Shown here piece after piece: positions 18,193 to 28,249 of a stretch of 64,000 bases of DNA. The translations under genes were made by a program, and so were the position numbers. This DNA comes from a bacterium (GTDB lineage: Bacteria; Armatimonadota; Zipacnadia; Zipacnadales; Zipacnadaceae): positions 3,037-67,036 of the forward strand of contig JAUWYY010000011.1 in the NCBI GenBank assembly GCA_030615605.1, given 5' to 3'. Every line of letters starts with the position of its first letter. Within the stretch, counting starts at the first letter, position 1. The notes beneath the pieces are model-generated. The model did not search any database, had not been told where the DNA came from, and worked only from the letters and a program-made list of their open reading frames with translations.

Positions 18193-19995
18193 ATGACCAA
18201 TCAGAAGAACATCCGCAACTTTTCGATAATTGCCCATATTGACCACGGCAAGTCCACCCTGGCTGACCGGATGCTTGAGGCTACCGGAGCGATCAGTGGG
18301 AATGAAATGCGTGAGCAGGTCCTCGATGCTATGGACCTGGAGCGGGAGCGGGGCATTACTATCAAGGCCTCGGCAGTGCGCATACACTACATGGCCCAAA
18401 ATGGGCACAGCTACGAACTGAATCTTATTGATACGCCCGGCCATGTGGACTTCTCCTACGAGGTGTCGCGAGCGCTACACGCTTGCGAAGGGGCGCTGCT
18501 ATTGGTAGATGTCTCCCAGGGCGTGGAAGCCCAGACCGTGGCCAACGCCTACCTGGCGCTCGACGAAGATCTAAAGCTGATCCCTGTGGTCAGCAAGATT
18601 GACCTGACGAATTTTGAGCGAAGCCGGGTGGCCCGGCAGTTGGGTGAAGAGTTCGGCTTTGCCGAGCAGCAGATCCACTATGCCAGCGGCAAGACCGGTG
18701 CGGGCATCGAGGAGATATTCGAGGCGATTGTCCAAGATATTCCGCCTCCGGCCGGCGACCCGAACGCGGCGCTGAAGGCACTAATCTTCGACTGCGAGTT
18801 CGACTTGCATCTGGGGGTGGTTGCCTACGTGCGTGTCTTTGAGGGCACAGTCGTCGCTGGGGACCGCATCCAGATGATGTCCAGCGGCCAGACCTTTGAA
18901 GTCAGTGGCGTCGGCGTGTTTGCCCCGCAGCGGCAAGAGGTGGATAAGCTGAGTGCTGGTTCGGTCGGATACTTGACTGCTGGCATAAAGCAAGTGGCCG
19001 ACAGCCGGGTGGGAGATACCATCACGTCAGCGGACCGTCCTGCCGTGCAGGCGCTGGCGGGCTACCGCAAAGTCCGCCCCATGGTCTTTGCCGGTTTGTA
19101 TCCCGTTGACAACGCCGACCAGCCGGCGCTCAAGGACGCAGTCGAGAAGTATTCCCTCAATGATGCTGCCTTCAGCTACGAGCCGGAGTCTTCCGCGGCG
19201 CTGGGTTTTGGATTCCGCTGCGGCTTTCTGGGCTTGCTGCACATGGAGATCGTCCAGGAGCGGCTGGAGCGCGAGTATGATCTGGATCTGGTGACTACCG
19301 CCCCCAGCGTCCGCTACCGGATTCTGCGCACTGACGGCGAAATGATGGAAATAGACAATCCCGCGCTGCTGCCTGAGCCCCAGTATATCGAAGCTATCGA
19401 AGAGCCGGTCGTCGCTGCCATCATAACCGTGCCACAGGAGCACGTTGGTGGATGCATGAAGCTGTGCGAGAGCGTACGTGGTCAGTTCCAGAGGATGGAC
19501 TACGAGCAGGAGGGCGACCGGGCGGTGCTGCATTACGGGCTGCCGCTGGCCGAGATCATTGTTGATTACTATGACAATCTCAAGTCCATAAGCCGGGGAT
19601 ATGCGCTGCTGGACTACGAGCCGGCTGGATACGAGATTGCGGAGCTTGTCAAGGTGGATATATTGGTCAATGACGACCCGGTTGATGCTCTGGGCATTAT
19701 TGCCCACCGCCAGTTCGCTGAGCGGCGTGGTCGGGCTATCATCGCCAATCTAAAAAAAGAGATTCCTCGCCAGCTCTTTGAAGTCCGTCTGCAGGCCGCT
19801 ATCGGCAAGCGGGTCATCGCCGCGATGCGCATTTCCCCACTGCGCAAGGATGTAATCGAAAAGCTGTATGGCGGCGATATAACGCGCAAGCGCAAGCTGC
19901 TGGAGAAACAGAAGGCCGGCAAGAAGCGTATGAAACAGGTCGGCCAAGTTGAGATTCCCCAGGAGGCTTTTATGTCGGTATTGCGAAGGGACTAA
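18193..19995 (+). CDS. lepA: Elongation factor 4
   Basis: It has [28 protein letters not shown] and SKIDL. The C-terminus is LepA-type and the length is 600 aa. Confidence 0.95.
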   Translation: MTNQKNIRNFSIIAHIDHGKSTLADRMLEATGAISGNEMREQVLDAMDLERERGITIKASAVRIHYMAQNGHSYELNLIDTPGHVDFSYEVSRALHACEGALLLVDVSQGVEAQTVANAYLALDEDLKLIPVVSKIDLTNFERSRVARQLGEEFGFAEQQIHYASGKTGAGIEEIFEAIVQDIPPPAGDPNAALKALIFDCEFDLHLGVVAYVRVFEGTVVAGDRIQMMSSGQTFEVSGVGVFAPQRQEVDKLSAGSVGYLTAGIKQVADSRVGDTITSADRPAVQALAGYRKVRPMVFAGLYPVDNADQPALKDAVEKYSLNDAAFSYEPESSAALGFGFRCGFLGLLHMEIVQERLEREYDLDLVTTAPSVRYRILRTDGEMMEIDNPALLPEPQYIEAIEEPVVAAIITVPQEHVGGCMKLCESVRGQFQRMDYEQEGDRAVLHYGLPLAEIIVDYYDNLKSISRGYALLDYEPAGYEIAELVKVDILVNDDPVDALGIIAHRQFAERRGRAIIANLKKEIPRQLFEVRLQAAIGKRVIAAMRISPLRKDVIEKLYGGDITRKRKLLEKQKAGKKRMKQVGQVEIPQEAFMSVLRRD

Positions 19996-20097
19996 ATCAC
20001 CTGTGGCTGTCCTCTTGCCAAAAGACGGCAGATGCAGTATCATAGTAAGACAATAGGGCTATGTGGGAAGGCTACTATTTTGTTGAAGGTGGGGCTT

Positions 20098-21027
20098 ATG
20101 CCATTCAGAAGATTTGTCGCGTTCTGTGCTGCGATTACACTACTGTACGTAATTTGCCCTGTACTGTTGGCCGATCAGACTCTCCACCTCTTCGATGGCA
20201 CCAGTAAGGCTATTGACCTGGGGCCCTGGGGTAGTGGAGAGATCGAGCTAAGTGACTCGCAGACTCTCGCCGACCGTGACACCCTCGCGGTAACCACTAA
20301 CGGCTACCACGAGGGCGGTCGACTCGACCTAAAACAGCCAGTTGACTTTACGGCCTTTGGCGCCGATCCCATCCAGACTCAACTCATTATTGTGGCGAAG
20401 GCCAAAGAACCCGAGCAGGTATGGCCTTATGGAGGCTACAGACTGCCGGGCGCAGCTCCGATAATGCCGGGCGGGCGAGGGTTCGGCACAGCGGCAGTTA
20501 GCCAACCGCCCGAGCCGATTGACAGGATTCGAGTAGTATTAGTCACCGACAAGGGGCAGCTTTCGTCAGGGGGCCTGCTGCTGGACCCGAACCTGCCATT
20601 TGAGGATGATTGGGTGCAGATCAGAGTTGTACTCTCAGACTTCGCTCGGCCCGAGGACTTGCAGGGAGCCACACTGCAGCGGGTGGTCATCACCGGCAAC
20701 CATGAGGGGATAGTCTATGTCGGCGACCTGAAGATAATCCAGGAGGACACTCCGCTGGTTGCCGACATTGAAGGAGCTGCGTGGCACACCGTGCGGGCCG
20801 GGCAGGTGATGCAATTCAGTGCTAAACCGCAGCATGAGGGCGTCAAGGCCAGCTATCAGTGGGACTTTGATGACCTGAACGGCCTGGGCATTGACGGCTA
20901 CGGCCAAGAGGCCAGCTATCAATTCCCGGAAGCAGGTTACTACGTGGTGACCCTGCGGGTGGCTGACTTCAACGGGCAACTGCAACCGCGGATGGATACG
21001 ATTAGGGTCAAGTGCGCCGACTGGTAG
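20098..21027 (+). CDS. Secreted protein with C-terminal PKD-like domain
   Basis: The ATG at 20098 gives a signal peptide MPFRRFVAFCAAITLLYVICPVLLA. The C-terminal segment YQWDFDD...ASYQFPEAGYYVVTLRVADFNGQ is PKD-like. Confidence 0.6.
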   Translation: MPFRRFVAFCAAITLLYVICPVLLADQTLHLFDGTSKAIDLGPWGSGEIELSDSQTLADRDTLAVTTNGYHEGGRLDLKQPVDFTAFGADPIQTQLIIVAKAKEPEQVWPYGGYRLPGAAPIMPGGRGFGTAAVSQPPEPIDRIRVVLVTDKGQLSSGGLLLDPNLPFEDDWVQIRVVLSDFARPEDLQGATLQRVVITGNHEGIVYVGDLKIIQEDTPLVADIEGAAWHTVRAGQVMQFSAKPQHEGVKASYQWDFDDLNGLGIDGYGQEASYQFPEAGYYVVTLRVADFNGQLQPRMDTIRVKCADW

Positions 21028-21067
21028 AGTAATTCAATACCAGCCCGCCAGCATAGCTAGCGCCAGC

Positions 21068-21098
21068 AAGGCCTTCCCGCCGCAGGGAAGGCCTTTTT
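21068..21098 (+). terminator. Rho-independent terminator after the PKD-domain gene
   Basis: A perfect 11-bp stem AAGGCCTTCCC / GGGAAGGCCTT encloses the loop GCCGCA. A T-run follows directly. Confidence 0.75.
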
Positions 21099-21114
21099 GT
21101 AGGAGCCAGGGCAT

Positions 21115-22443
21115 ATGCAGCAGCATAATACTCAATCCTTTACGCTGACCGGTGGACGAGTCATTGATCCGGCCAGCGGTCGCGATGAACTGGCCGATGT
21201 GGCTGTTGAGCAGGGCAGGATTGCCTGGATCAAGCCACCAGGAGTGCCGCCGCTGGGTGAGGGAGTATCGGTCGAGGGGCTGGTGGTATGCCCGGGGCTG
21301 GTGGACATTCACGTCCATCTGCGTCAGCCGGGCTTCGAGCACAGGGAGACAGTGGCCACCGGAACCCGTGCCGCAGTTGCGGGCGGCTTTACCACGATCT
21401 GCTGTATGCCCAATACCAACCCACCACTGGACCGACTCCAGCGCATCGCCGAGCTTCAGCAAACAATCGAAGAACAGGCCTGGTGCAACGTTTACCTACT
21501 CGCGACAGCGACCGTGGACAACCGGCGGCGAGAGTTGACCGATTTTCCTGCGCTGCTGGAGGCTGGTTGTCCCAGCATAACTGACGACGCAATGCCGCTG
21601 CAGTCAACTGAGCATATGCAGGAAGCACTGCAAAAACTGGTGGGCACCGGCCGCCCGTTCATGCCTCATTTGGAAGACGAAGAGCTGAGCGGCGATGGCG
21701 TCATCAATGCCGGCGCCGTCAGCCAACAGTTGCAGGTGCCGGGGCAGGACAGCCGCTCGGAGGTCGTCGCGCTGCGGCGCTGGGCGCAAGCTGCTACCAG
21801 TGTCGAGCAGGCCCGCTTGCATCTGCTGCATGTAAGCACTGCCCAGACCGTTGCCGAGGCCCAGACGCTGCGTGCGGCCAATGTCTTTTCCCAACTTAGC
21901 CTGGAGACAGCGCCTCACTACTTCTGTCTCACTGAAGAGGCTGTCCTGGAAAGTGGTGCCGATGCCAGGGTCAATCCGCCCCTACGCACCGAGCACGACC
22001 GCCAGGCGATATTGCAGGCTCTCATTGATGGCGATATCCAGATAATCGCCACCGACCACGCGCCGCATACTCCCAAGGAGAAGGCGGGAGGCCTGATTGA
22101 GGCCCCGGCAGGGCTGGTGGGTTTAGAGACCTGCCTGGGCCTTGTTTTGACCCGTCTTTTTCATACGGGCCACTTGAGCCTGTCCGATATACTGGCTAAG
22201 ATGACGTGTAACCCGGCGGATTTGCTTGGCCTGCCAGCAGGTACGCTCAGGTCGGGAGCGCCGGCTGATATTACCATTATAGACCTACGCAAGCAGTGGA
22301 CGGTTGACCCCGGCCGCTTTTATTCCAAGGGACGAAATACGCCCTTCTCTGGACAGAAGCTGACGGGCCAGGCATGGGGCACCATCAAAGCCGGGCAGTT
22401 CTTGATGCGGGAAGGAGAGCTGCGCCAAGACGCGAAACTCTAA
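21115..22443 (+). CDS. pyrC: Dihydroorotase
   Basis: It has DIHVHLRQPGFEHRETVATGTRAAVAGGFTTICCMPNTNP and ATDHAPH. Confidence 0.9.
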   Translation: MQQHNTQSFTLTGGRVIDPASGRDELADVAVEQGRIAWIKPPGVPPLGEGVSVEGLVVCPGLVDIHVHLRQPGFEHRETVATGTRAAVAGGFTTICCMPNTNPPLDRLQRIAELQQTIEEQAWCNVYLLATATVDNRRRELTDFPALLEAGCPSITDDAMPLQSTEHMQEALQKLVGTGRPFMPHLEDEELSGDGVINAGAVSQQLQVPGQDSRSEVVALRRWAQAATSVEQARLHLLHVSTAQTVAEAQTLRAANVFSQLSLETAPHYFCLTEEAVLESGADARVNPPLRTEHDRQAILQALIDGDIQIIATDHAPHTPKEKAGGLIEAPAGLVGLETCLGLVLTRLFHTGHLSLSDILAKMTCNPADLLGLPAGTLRSGAPADITIIDLRKQWTVDPGRFYSKGRNTPFSGQKLTGQAWGTIKAGQFLMREGELRQDAKL

Positions 22444-22486
22444 GGTAGAGCTTACGGTTGCTACAATAGGCGCGGACAGGACATAG

Positions 22487-23719
22487 ATGTCGAGCAGAGC
22501 TGAGCAGAAAAAAGCTATTCTGGCATTAGAAGACGGGACCTACTTCCTGGGACAGTGCTTTGGTGCTGAGGGCGAGCGCAGCGGGGAAGTGGTCTTCAAT
22601 ACCGGCATGACCGGCTACCAGGAGGTGCTTACGGACCCTTCTTACCGCGGCCAGATCGTTACTATGACCTACACCCAGATGGGCAATTACGGCATTAATC
22701 CCGAAGATATGGAGTCGGGACAGCCGTGGGTGGAAGGCTTTGTCGTGCGAGAAAACTCGCCCATCTACAGCAACTGGCGGGCTAAGCAGAGCCTGAGCGA
22801 CTACCTGCGCGACCATGGCATCATCGGCATCGAAGGCATTGACACCCGAATGTTGACCAAGCACATCCGCGATGCCGGCGCCCAGATTGGAATTGTCTCT
22901 AGCGAAGATTTGGATCCCGAAAGTGTTGTCGAGAAGGCGAGCCAGGCACCTCGGCTGGTCGGCCGTGATCTGGTCAAGGAAGTGACCTGCCAGCAGTCCC
23001 GGCGCTGGGGACAGAGCGGCTATGAGGAAGAAGCGATACCACCTGGTCAACTCAGCCTGGAAATCTCGCCGCCTCCCCGCCGTTGGGTTGCCGCCGAGAC
23101 GCCTGGCCCCAGCAATAGCCTGCGCGGCTACTGGGAGACATATCGAGTGATAGTTGTTGATTGTGGTGTTAAGCAAAACATTCTACGTCACCTGTATCGC
23201 CAGGGCTGCGAGCCGATAGCTGTGCCAGCAACTACCAGCACCGACGAGATTCTGGCCTGTCAGCCCGACGGGGTGGTGCTTTCCAACGGACCGGGCGATC
23301 CGGAGGCAGTAGACTACGTTATTGACACCACCCGCAACCTGTTCGGGAAGGTTCCCCTCTTTGGCATCTGTCTGGGTCAGCAGATCATTGGCCTGGCCTT
23401 TGGCGGGAAGACCTACAAGCTCAAATTCGGCCACCGGGGCGTCAATCACCCGGTAAAGAACCTGAAAACCGACCAAATAGACATTACCACCCAAAATCAT
23501 GGCTTCTGTGTGGACATGGACAGTCTGGACGGCACGGGCCTTGAGCTGACGCACGTCAATCTTAATGATATGAGCGCCGAGGGCCTGCGCCACCAGGAGA
23601 TGCCCGTCTTTTCGGTGCAGTTCCACCCTGAGGCAGGACCCGGCCCGCACGACGCGAACTATCTATTTGGCGAGTTCGTCGAGATGATGCACCAGTTCAC
23701 CGCTAAGGCCGCCGGTTGA
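22487..23719 (+). CDS. carA: Carbamoyl-phosphate synthase small (glutaminase) subunit
   Basis: It has FNTGMTGYQEVLTDPSYRGQIVTMTYTQMGNYG, the GATase motif GICLGQQ, and HRGVNHPV...FHPE. Confidence 0.9.
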   Translation: MSSRAEQKKAILALEDGTYFLGQCFGAEGERSGEVVFNTGMTGYQEVLTDPSYRGQIVTMTYTQMGNYGINPEDMESGQPWVEGFVVRENSPIYSNWRAKQSLSDYLRDHGIIGIEGIDTRMLTKHIRDAGAQIGIVSSEDLDPESVVEKASQAPRLVGRDLVKEVTCQQSRRWGQSGYEEEAIPPGQLSLEISPPPRRWVAAETPGPSNSLRGYWETYRVIVVDCGVKQNILRHLYRQGCEPIAVPATTSTDEILACQPDGVVLSNGPGDPEAVDYVIDTTRNLFGKVPLFGICLGQQIIGLAFGGKTYKLKFGHRGVNHPVKNLKTDQIDITTQNHGFCVDMDSLDGTGLELTHVNLNDMSAEGLRHQEMPVFSVQFHPEAGPGPHDANYLFGEFVEMMHQFTAKAAG

Positions 23720-23759
23720 GGGGTTGCTCGATAAATGCTGCAAGAAGAGGGTACGGGTT

Positions 23760-24761
23760 ATGAGTGGGTATAGAGGGCTGCTGATTCTTATGCTTGCAGG
23801 CGTAGCGCTTGCGCTGGGCGCGGGTTGTGACCAGCGTGAGGCTGCGCCACTTGATGTGGCCTGGCAGCAGGTCCGAGCCAGTCCCAACTCTGCCCAGGTG
23901 CAAATAGAGCTGGGAGATGCCTATGCCGCCGAGGAGCAGCACAACGAGGCTTTCGTCCATTTCTGCCGCGCCTGGGAGATTGACTCCAATTCCTTCGATG
24001 CTACCTTCAAGTTGGCACGTACCTGCTTGCGATTATGTGATCCCCATACCGGGCTGGCGTGGATTGACCAGGCCCTGGTGATCAACCCCCAATCAGCGGA
24101 GGCCTATGAGCTAAAAGGGCGCATGACAATGACCAAAGGGCAGCCGCGCGCTGCCATCCCCATCCTGAAAAAAGCTGTGGAACTTGATCCCGAACTGCTG
24201 GTAGCCCACTTGAATCTGGTTACAGCCTACAAATCAACTCGCCAGCCGAAGGCGGCTGCCGAGGCAGGTGCGCAGGCTGTGGCCATTGGGCCCGACGAGG
24301 CCACTGCCCATTTCGCTTATGCTGATGCTCTGGAGGTGTCTAGCCAGGACGACCTCGCAGAGCAACACTATCGTCGAGCTATCGAGCTAGATCCAGACCT
24401 GGCTGATCCCAAGCTGCGGCTTGCCCTATTGCTGACACGCAATAACAAGTTTCTCACTGAAGCCTATCAACTGGCTAAGGAGGCGCAGAAACTGAATCCA
24501 GCGGACGGTACCGCCGAGGCTACGGCGGGCTGGATTCTGTTTCTATCTGGAGAGGAGCGCGAAGGGCTGAAAGTACTTGACAATGCCCGTCGATCCCATC
24601 CCTCTAACCACCGCATCTGGCTCCGATTCGCTAGGGCTCTGGAGCGTGCCGGTTACGAAGAGTCAGCCCAACGTGCTTACGCAATAGCAGTGAGGGTCGG
24701 TCCAAGAGCGCCGGCCCCGCCCCCACCGAGTAAGCTTGGTACTGCTGCAGTTGACAACTGA
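23760..24761 (+). CDS. TPR-repeat protein, exported (possible lipoprotein)
   Basis: The ATG at 23760 gives MSGYRGLLILMLAGVALALGAGC. Several 34-aa TPR-like units follow (e.g. AEAYELKGRMTMTKGQPRAAIPILKKAVELDPE). Confidence 0.7.
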   Translation: MSGYRGLLILMLAGVALALGAGCDQREAAPLDVAWQQVRASPNSAQVQIELGDAYAAEEQHNEAFVHFCRAWEIDSNSFDATFKLARTCLRLCDPHTGLAWIDQALVINPQSAEAYELKGRMTMTKGQPRAAIPILKKAVELDPELLVAHLNLVTAYKSTRQPKAAAEAGAQAVAIGPDEATAHFAYADALEVSSQDDLAEQHYRRAIELDPDLADPKLRLALLLTRNNKFLTEAYQLAKEAQKLNPADGTAEATAGWILFLSGEEREGLKVLDNARRSHPSNHRIWLRFARALERAGYEESAQRAYAIAVRVGPRAPAPPPPSKLGTAAVDN

Positions 24762-24782
24762 GGGAGCCAGGAGGCCAGGGAA

Positions 24783-26126
24783 ATGCTAAATCCAGGGGAA
24801 GACCACGCGGCACAACTGGCCGCTACCGTGCGGGAGCTGGAACGCCAACTTGCCGCTGCTCATACTATCGCTGCCGGCCTAAGCTCGATTACGAATGTCG
24901 AAGAACTGGTGCAACAGGCCCTCGACATAAGCCTGGAGATAGCTGACGCGGAAGCCGGCTCTGTCCTGCTGTACGATCCTGACGCTGACAAGCTGCGCTT
25001 CGAATACGTGGTCGGTGAGAAGGCTGGTGAATTGATGGGGACCGAAATTGCACCAGACCAAGGTATTGCCGGCTTGGTCTTTCAAGCTGGAGAAATCCAC
25101 ATCTCGGAGGATGTCGCCGCCGAAGAGGCTCATCTGCGCGACATCGGCGAAAAGCTGGGCTACGCGACGCAGAATATGGTGGCTGTTCCCCTGAAGTCTT
25201 CGGCAGGCAAGCCCTTTGGCGTCATTGAGGTGCTCAACAAGCGAGTTGGCCACTTCGACGAGAATGATGTCAATCTGATTGATATAATGGCAGCCCAGAT
25301 CGCGGTAGCCATAGAGAACGCTCGCCTGCACAAAGAGGCCCGCCTGGCGGAGGTTGTCAAGTTCATTGGCAATATCAGCCATGATGTGAAGAACATGATC
25401 ACTCCGGTACGCACCGGGGCTGAAACGCTGCAGATGATTGCTGATGAAGACTATGCCCAGCTTGATGAAGCACTCGCCGACCTGAAGGGGATGCCGCAGA
25501 CGGCCGATTCGGTCCGCCAGGCGATGGACGGACTGCGCGGGATATATCCGGAACTAATTGATATGATTATGGAGGGGACCGAGGTAGTTCAGCAGCGTAT
25601 GGCCGAAATCTCGGCCGCAATCAAGGGCATAGTTGCCGAGCCCCATTTCGAACCGACGGACGTTGTGTCTGTCGGTGAGCGGGTGATGAACCTACTGCGA
25701 TCACACGCGGAGAGCAAGCAAGTAACAGTTGGCCTTCAGGTAGCAGGCGAGATACCCGAGGCGACGGTTGACGCCAGGCAGATCTATAATGCGATGTATA
25801 ACCTGATCTTCAATGCCATTGATGCCTGTGATCCAGGCGACTCGGTGGCCTTACGGTTGACAACTGCGCCAGCCGACGCACCTGACCAGCCCGCCCAAAT
25901 TATTATCGAGTGCGCTGACACTGGCTCGGGCATACCCGATGACATCCGTGAGAAGCTGTTTACCGAAGACGCGGTGAGCACCAAACCGATGGGCACCGGC
26001 CTGGGCACGCGCATCGTCGCGAACGTAGTTGAGGCACACAGTGGGACCATTGAGGTAGAAAGCCAAATCGGAGCCGGCACCACCATCCGCCTCCGTATCC
26101 CGGTTCAGCCACCGGAAAAGTCCTGA
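24783..26126 (+). CDS. Cytoplasmic GAF-domain sensor histidine kinase
   Basis: A GAF-like N-terminal half is followed by the H-box NISHDVKNMITPV, N-box NLIFNAIDA, G1 DTGSGIP and G2 GTGLGTRI. Confidence 0.85.
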   Translation: MLNPGEDHAAQLAATVRELERQLAAAHTIAAGLSSITNVEELVQQALDISLEIADAEAGSVLLYDPDADKLRFEYVVGEKAGELMGTEIAPDQGIAGLVFQAGEIHISEDVAAEEAHLRDIGEKLGYATQNMVAVPLKSSAGKPFGVIEVLNKRVGHFDENDVNLIDIMAAQIAVAIENARLHKEARLAEVVKFIGNISHDVKNMITPVRTGAETLQMIADEDYAQLDEALADLKGMPQTADSVRQAMDGLRGIYPELIDMIMEGTEVVQQRMAEISAAIKGIVAEPHFEPTDVVSVGERVMNLLRSHAESKQVTVGLQVAGEIPEATVDARQIYNAMYNLIFNAIDACDPGDSVALRLTTAPADAPDQPAQIIIECADTGSGIPDDIREKLFTEDAVSTKPMGTGLGTRIVANVVEAHSGTIEVESQIGAGTTIRLRIPVQPPEKS

Positions 26127-26292
26127 ACCGCTACCCGAGTTGGCGGGCTGTGGCAAGCGGTCTTCGCCATCGTTGGTCATCAGCTTTGAGTCCATCTACT
26201 CCTGTGCTAACCCGTACGAATGTAGTGTCACTGCCCACTGACATGCGAGTCTGCAGTTACTCGATCTGAGATTCCATGAACCCGAGGGAACT

Positions 26293-27252
26293 ATGCTTGA
26301 GCAGCTTGATAAACCTCAACACGCCCTAACTGACAGTCAGGCTTGGGCCAAAGTGAATTGGCCAGCACTGTCGGTTGTGGTCGTTTGGGGAATAGGCACG
26401 GTGGCGGCGAAATTCCTGCTGGGCGTCTTTTCACCGGCTGGTTTTCTGTGCCTGCGCAATCTCGCTGGGGGCCTCATTCTGCTCACGGCGGTCGTGCTGC
26501 TCCGGCGGGGACTGCGGCGTAGCCTGCGAGTTTCATTCTTTCCTCTTCTGGGCTTGGGAGTGTTGATGAGCGTGCAGAATTTGAGCTTCTTCGGAGCCCT
26601 GAATCTGACTTACGCCAACGAAGCAATGCTCGTCTTCAGCACCTCTCCAGTTTGGACCGGGCTGATTGTGGCCATTGCTGGGTTGGAAGTGATGTCTCCA
26701 CGCAACTGGGTTGGCTTCTTCATCGCCCTGGGTGGGGTGGCCCTGGTAGTGTTGGGGGCTGGGACAACCTCTTCGAGCGTGGCACCAGCTCGAATTACCG
26801 GTGACCTGATAATGCTGGCTTCGGCAGTGCTGTACGGCGTCTATATGATCCTCAGCCGTCCACTTATGCAAAGACACGGTACTCTGGTCGTCACAGCAGT
26901 GGCGATGGTTCTCAGCAATGTCGTCCTGGTGCCGGTGGGACTGGGCGAGCTCATTGCCACGCCCTGGATGCAGCTTACTTCGCTCCACTGGGTGCTGCTG
27001 GCCTACACCATCTTCGTCGGAATAGGATACGGCATGATCATGTGGTATCGCAGCGTCAGGCTCGTAGGAGCAGCGCGAACTATTGTATACCAATATCTGG
27101 TGCCAATCGTGACGCTGGCGGCAGCGGTTGCTTTCCTACATGAGCAGCCGACACGGTGGCAACTCGCCGGCATTGCCGTCACGCTGGGCGGGGTCTACTT
27201 CGCTAGCCACCGGCCCGGCTCACCAGAGGCTCGACCAGTGGCACAGAAATAA
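26293..27252 (+). CDS. EamA/DMT-family transporter
   Basis: The 319-aa protein has about 10 TM segments. It shows the duplicated EamA-like halves typical of the family. Confidence 0.8.
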   Translation: MLEQLDKPQHALTDSQAWAKVNWPALSVVVVWGIGTVAAKFLLGVFSPAGFLCLRNLAGGLILLTAVVLLRRGLRRSLRVSFFPLLGLGVLMSVQNLSFFGALNLTYANEAMLVFSTSPVWTGLIVAIAGLEVMSPRNWVGFFIALGGVALVVLGAGTTSSSVAPARITGDLIMLASAVLYGVYMILSRPLMQRHGTLVVTAVAMVLSNVVLVPVGLGELIATPWMQLTSLHWVLLAYTIFVGIGYGMIMWYRSVRLVGAARTIVYQYLVPIVTLAAAVAFLHEQPTRWQLAGIAVTLGGVYFASHRPGSPEARPVAQK

Positions 27253-27272
27253 TGTGGAAACCTGCTGGTGGC

Positions 27273-27905
27273 TTAGTCATCAGAACCTGCCGGCCTCACG
27301 CCCAGGGCCTGAGCGATCTGTTCGACGGTTACCAAAGGCACATTGTGAGCTTCCAGAAACCGTTGGAGGGTGGCCCCAGCAGCCATATGTCCATCCGGCG
27401 CCATTACCTCACACATCGCCACCACCGGAGATAGCTCGGCCAGTTGGGCTAGACCGACAGCGCCCTCAGTGTGGCCGGTCCGGTCTGCCAGGCCCTCCGG
27501 AGCTGCCGCCAGAGGGAAGACATGACCGGGACGGGCAAGATCCTCCGGGCGAATATCCCGGTTAGCCAGAGCCCTTATAGTGGCGGCACGATCAAATGCC
27601 GAGACCCCTGTGGTCACTGCCGGCGTGTAGTCCACCGGCACAGTAAACTGCGGCATATTCTTCGCACAAAACTGCTGGTCGAGGACGGGAATTTGCAGTT
27701 CGCTCAGCCGCTGGGGAGCCATAGCAACGGTAATGAGGCCCCGCACATGGGTGAGCATAAAGTTTATGCTCTCCCCACTCACATACTGGGCGGCCTGCAA
27801 CAGATCCGCTTCATCTTCACGGTTGGCTGAATCCAGCAGCGCAACAAAGCCGCCTCGGCGGAAATGGTCAATCATTTTGTCGAGGGGAGTAACTGTAGTC
27901 GGCAA
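27273..27905 (-). CDS. ribB: 3,4-dihydroxy-2-butanone-4-phosphate synthase (monofunctional)
   Basis: It has GGFVALLDSANREDEADLLQAAQ...MLTHVRGLI...TGHTEGAV. The start is a TTG at 27905, with AGGTGA upstream. Confidence 0.9.
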   Translation of the reverse strand: MPTTVTPLDKMIDHFRRGGFVALLDSANREDEADLLQAAQYVSGESINFMLTHVRGLITVAMAPQRLSELQIPVLDQQFCAKNMPQFTVPVDYTPAVTTGVSAFDRAATIRALANRDIRPEDLARPGHVFPLAAAPEGLADRTGHTEGAVGLAQLAELSPVVAMCEVMAPDGHMAAGATLQRFLEAHNVPLVTVEQIAQALGVRPAGSDD

Positions 27906-27968
27906 GGCCTGCGATCACCTATCAATCATCATAAAGGCAAACATAAGAGGCTCGGTTGCTTCAGCGGC

Positions 27969-27997
27969 ATTATAAGAAGTAACGGAACTGGTGTCAA
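27969..27997 (-). promoter_or_regulatory. Consensus sigma70 promoter for ribB (TTGACA-17 nt-TATAAT)
   Basis: The minus strand reads TTGACAccagttccgttacttctTATAAT. This leaves a leader of about 60 nt. Confidence 0.65.
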
Positions 27998-28033
27998 TGA
28001 AGATACTATCTGTCACAGTTGGGAGCAAGTCGG

Positions 28034-28062
28034 TTGCATACTGCAAGCCGATTGGGTATAAT
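28034..28062 (+). promoter_or_regulatory. Sigma70-type promoter for the tRNA gene (TTGCAT-17 nt-TATAAT)
   Basis: TTGCAT lies at 28034-28039 and TATAAT at 28057-28062. The promoter is divergent from, and back-to-back with, the ribB promoter. Confidence 0.6.
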
Positions 28063-28095
28063 ATGGGCAGTGTACGAAGAAAACAGCGCAACCTT

Positions 28096-28170
28096 CGGGC
28101 CTGTAGCTCAGCGGCAGAGCAGTCGGCTCATAACCGATCGGTCGGTGGTTCGAATCCGCCCAGGCCCACC
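28096..28170 (+). tRNA. tRNA with CAT anticodon (elongator Met, or Ile2 if lysidine-modified); encoded CCA
   Basis: I folded the cloverleaf by hand. It has acceptor GGGCCTG/CAGGCCC, D arm GCTC-AGCGGCA-GAGC, anticodon arm GTCGG-CTCATAA-CCGAT, a 5-nt variable loop, T arm GGTGG-TTCGAAT-CCGCC, discriminator A and CCA. The G1:C72 pair argues against an initiator tRNA. Confidence 0.9.
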
Positions 28171-28249
28171 ACTGAGGTGTAAGTGTCCACCACTCTCCCC
28201 AGCGATAGCACCGTAGCGTCTGGCAGGGTGGTTTTAACACTGTTGAGGC

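Noticed and set aside
22970-23130. CarA has a longer-than-usual linker between its N-terminal and GATase domains.
   Set aside because: The linker is only about 20 residues longer than in E. coli CarA and lies in a region known to be variable. There is no separate domain signature.
27906-27968. I looked for an FMN (RFN) riboswitch upstream of ribB.
   Set aside because: The consensus promoter leaves a leader of only about 60 nt. The leader lacks the conserved RFN core strings and is far shorter than the ~130+ nt aptamer.
28171-28249. I looked for signs that the tRNA-adjacent STAND gene is part of an integrated mobile element (integrase gene, or a direct repeat of the tRNA 3' end).
   Set aside because: No integrase- or recombinase-like ORF lies anywhere nearby. 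I could not find a second copy of the tRNA 3' segment by eye, and the gene's GC content looks like the host's. A computed repeat search would be needed to be sure.
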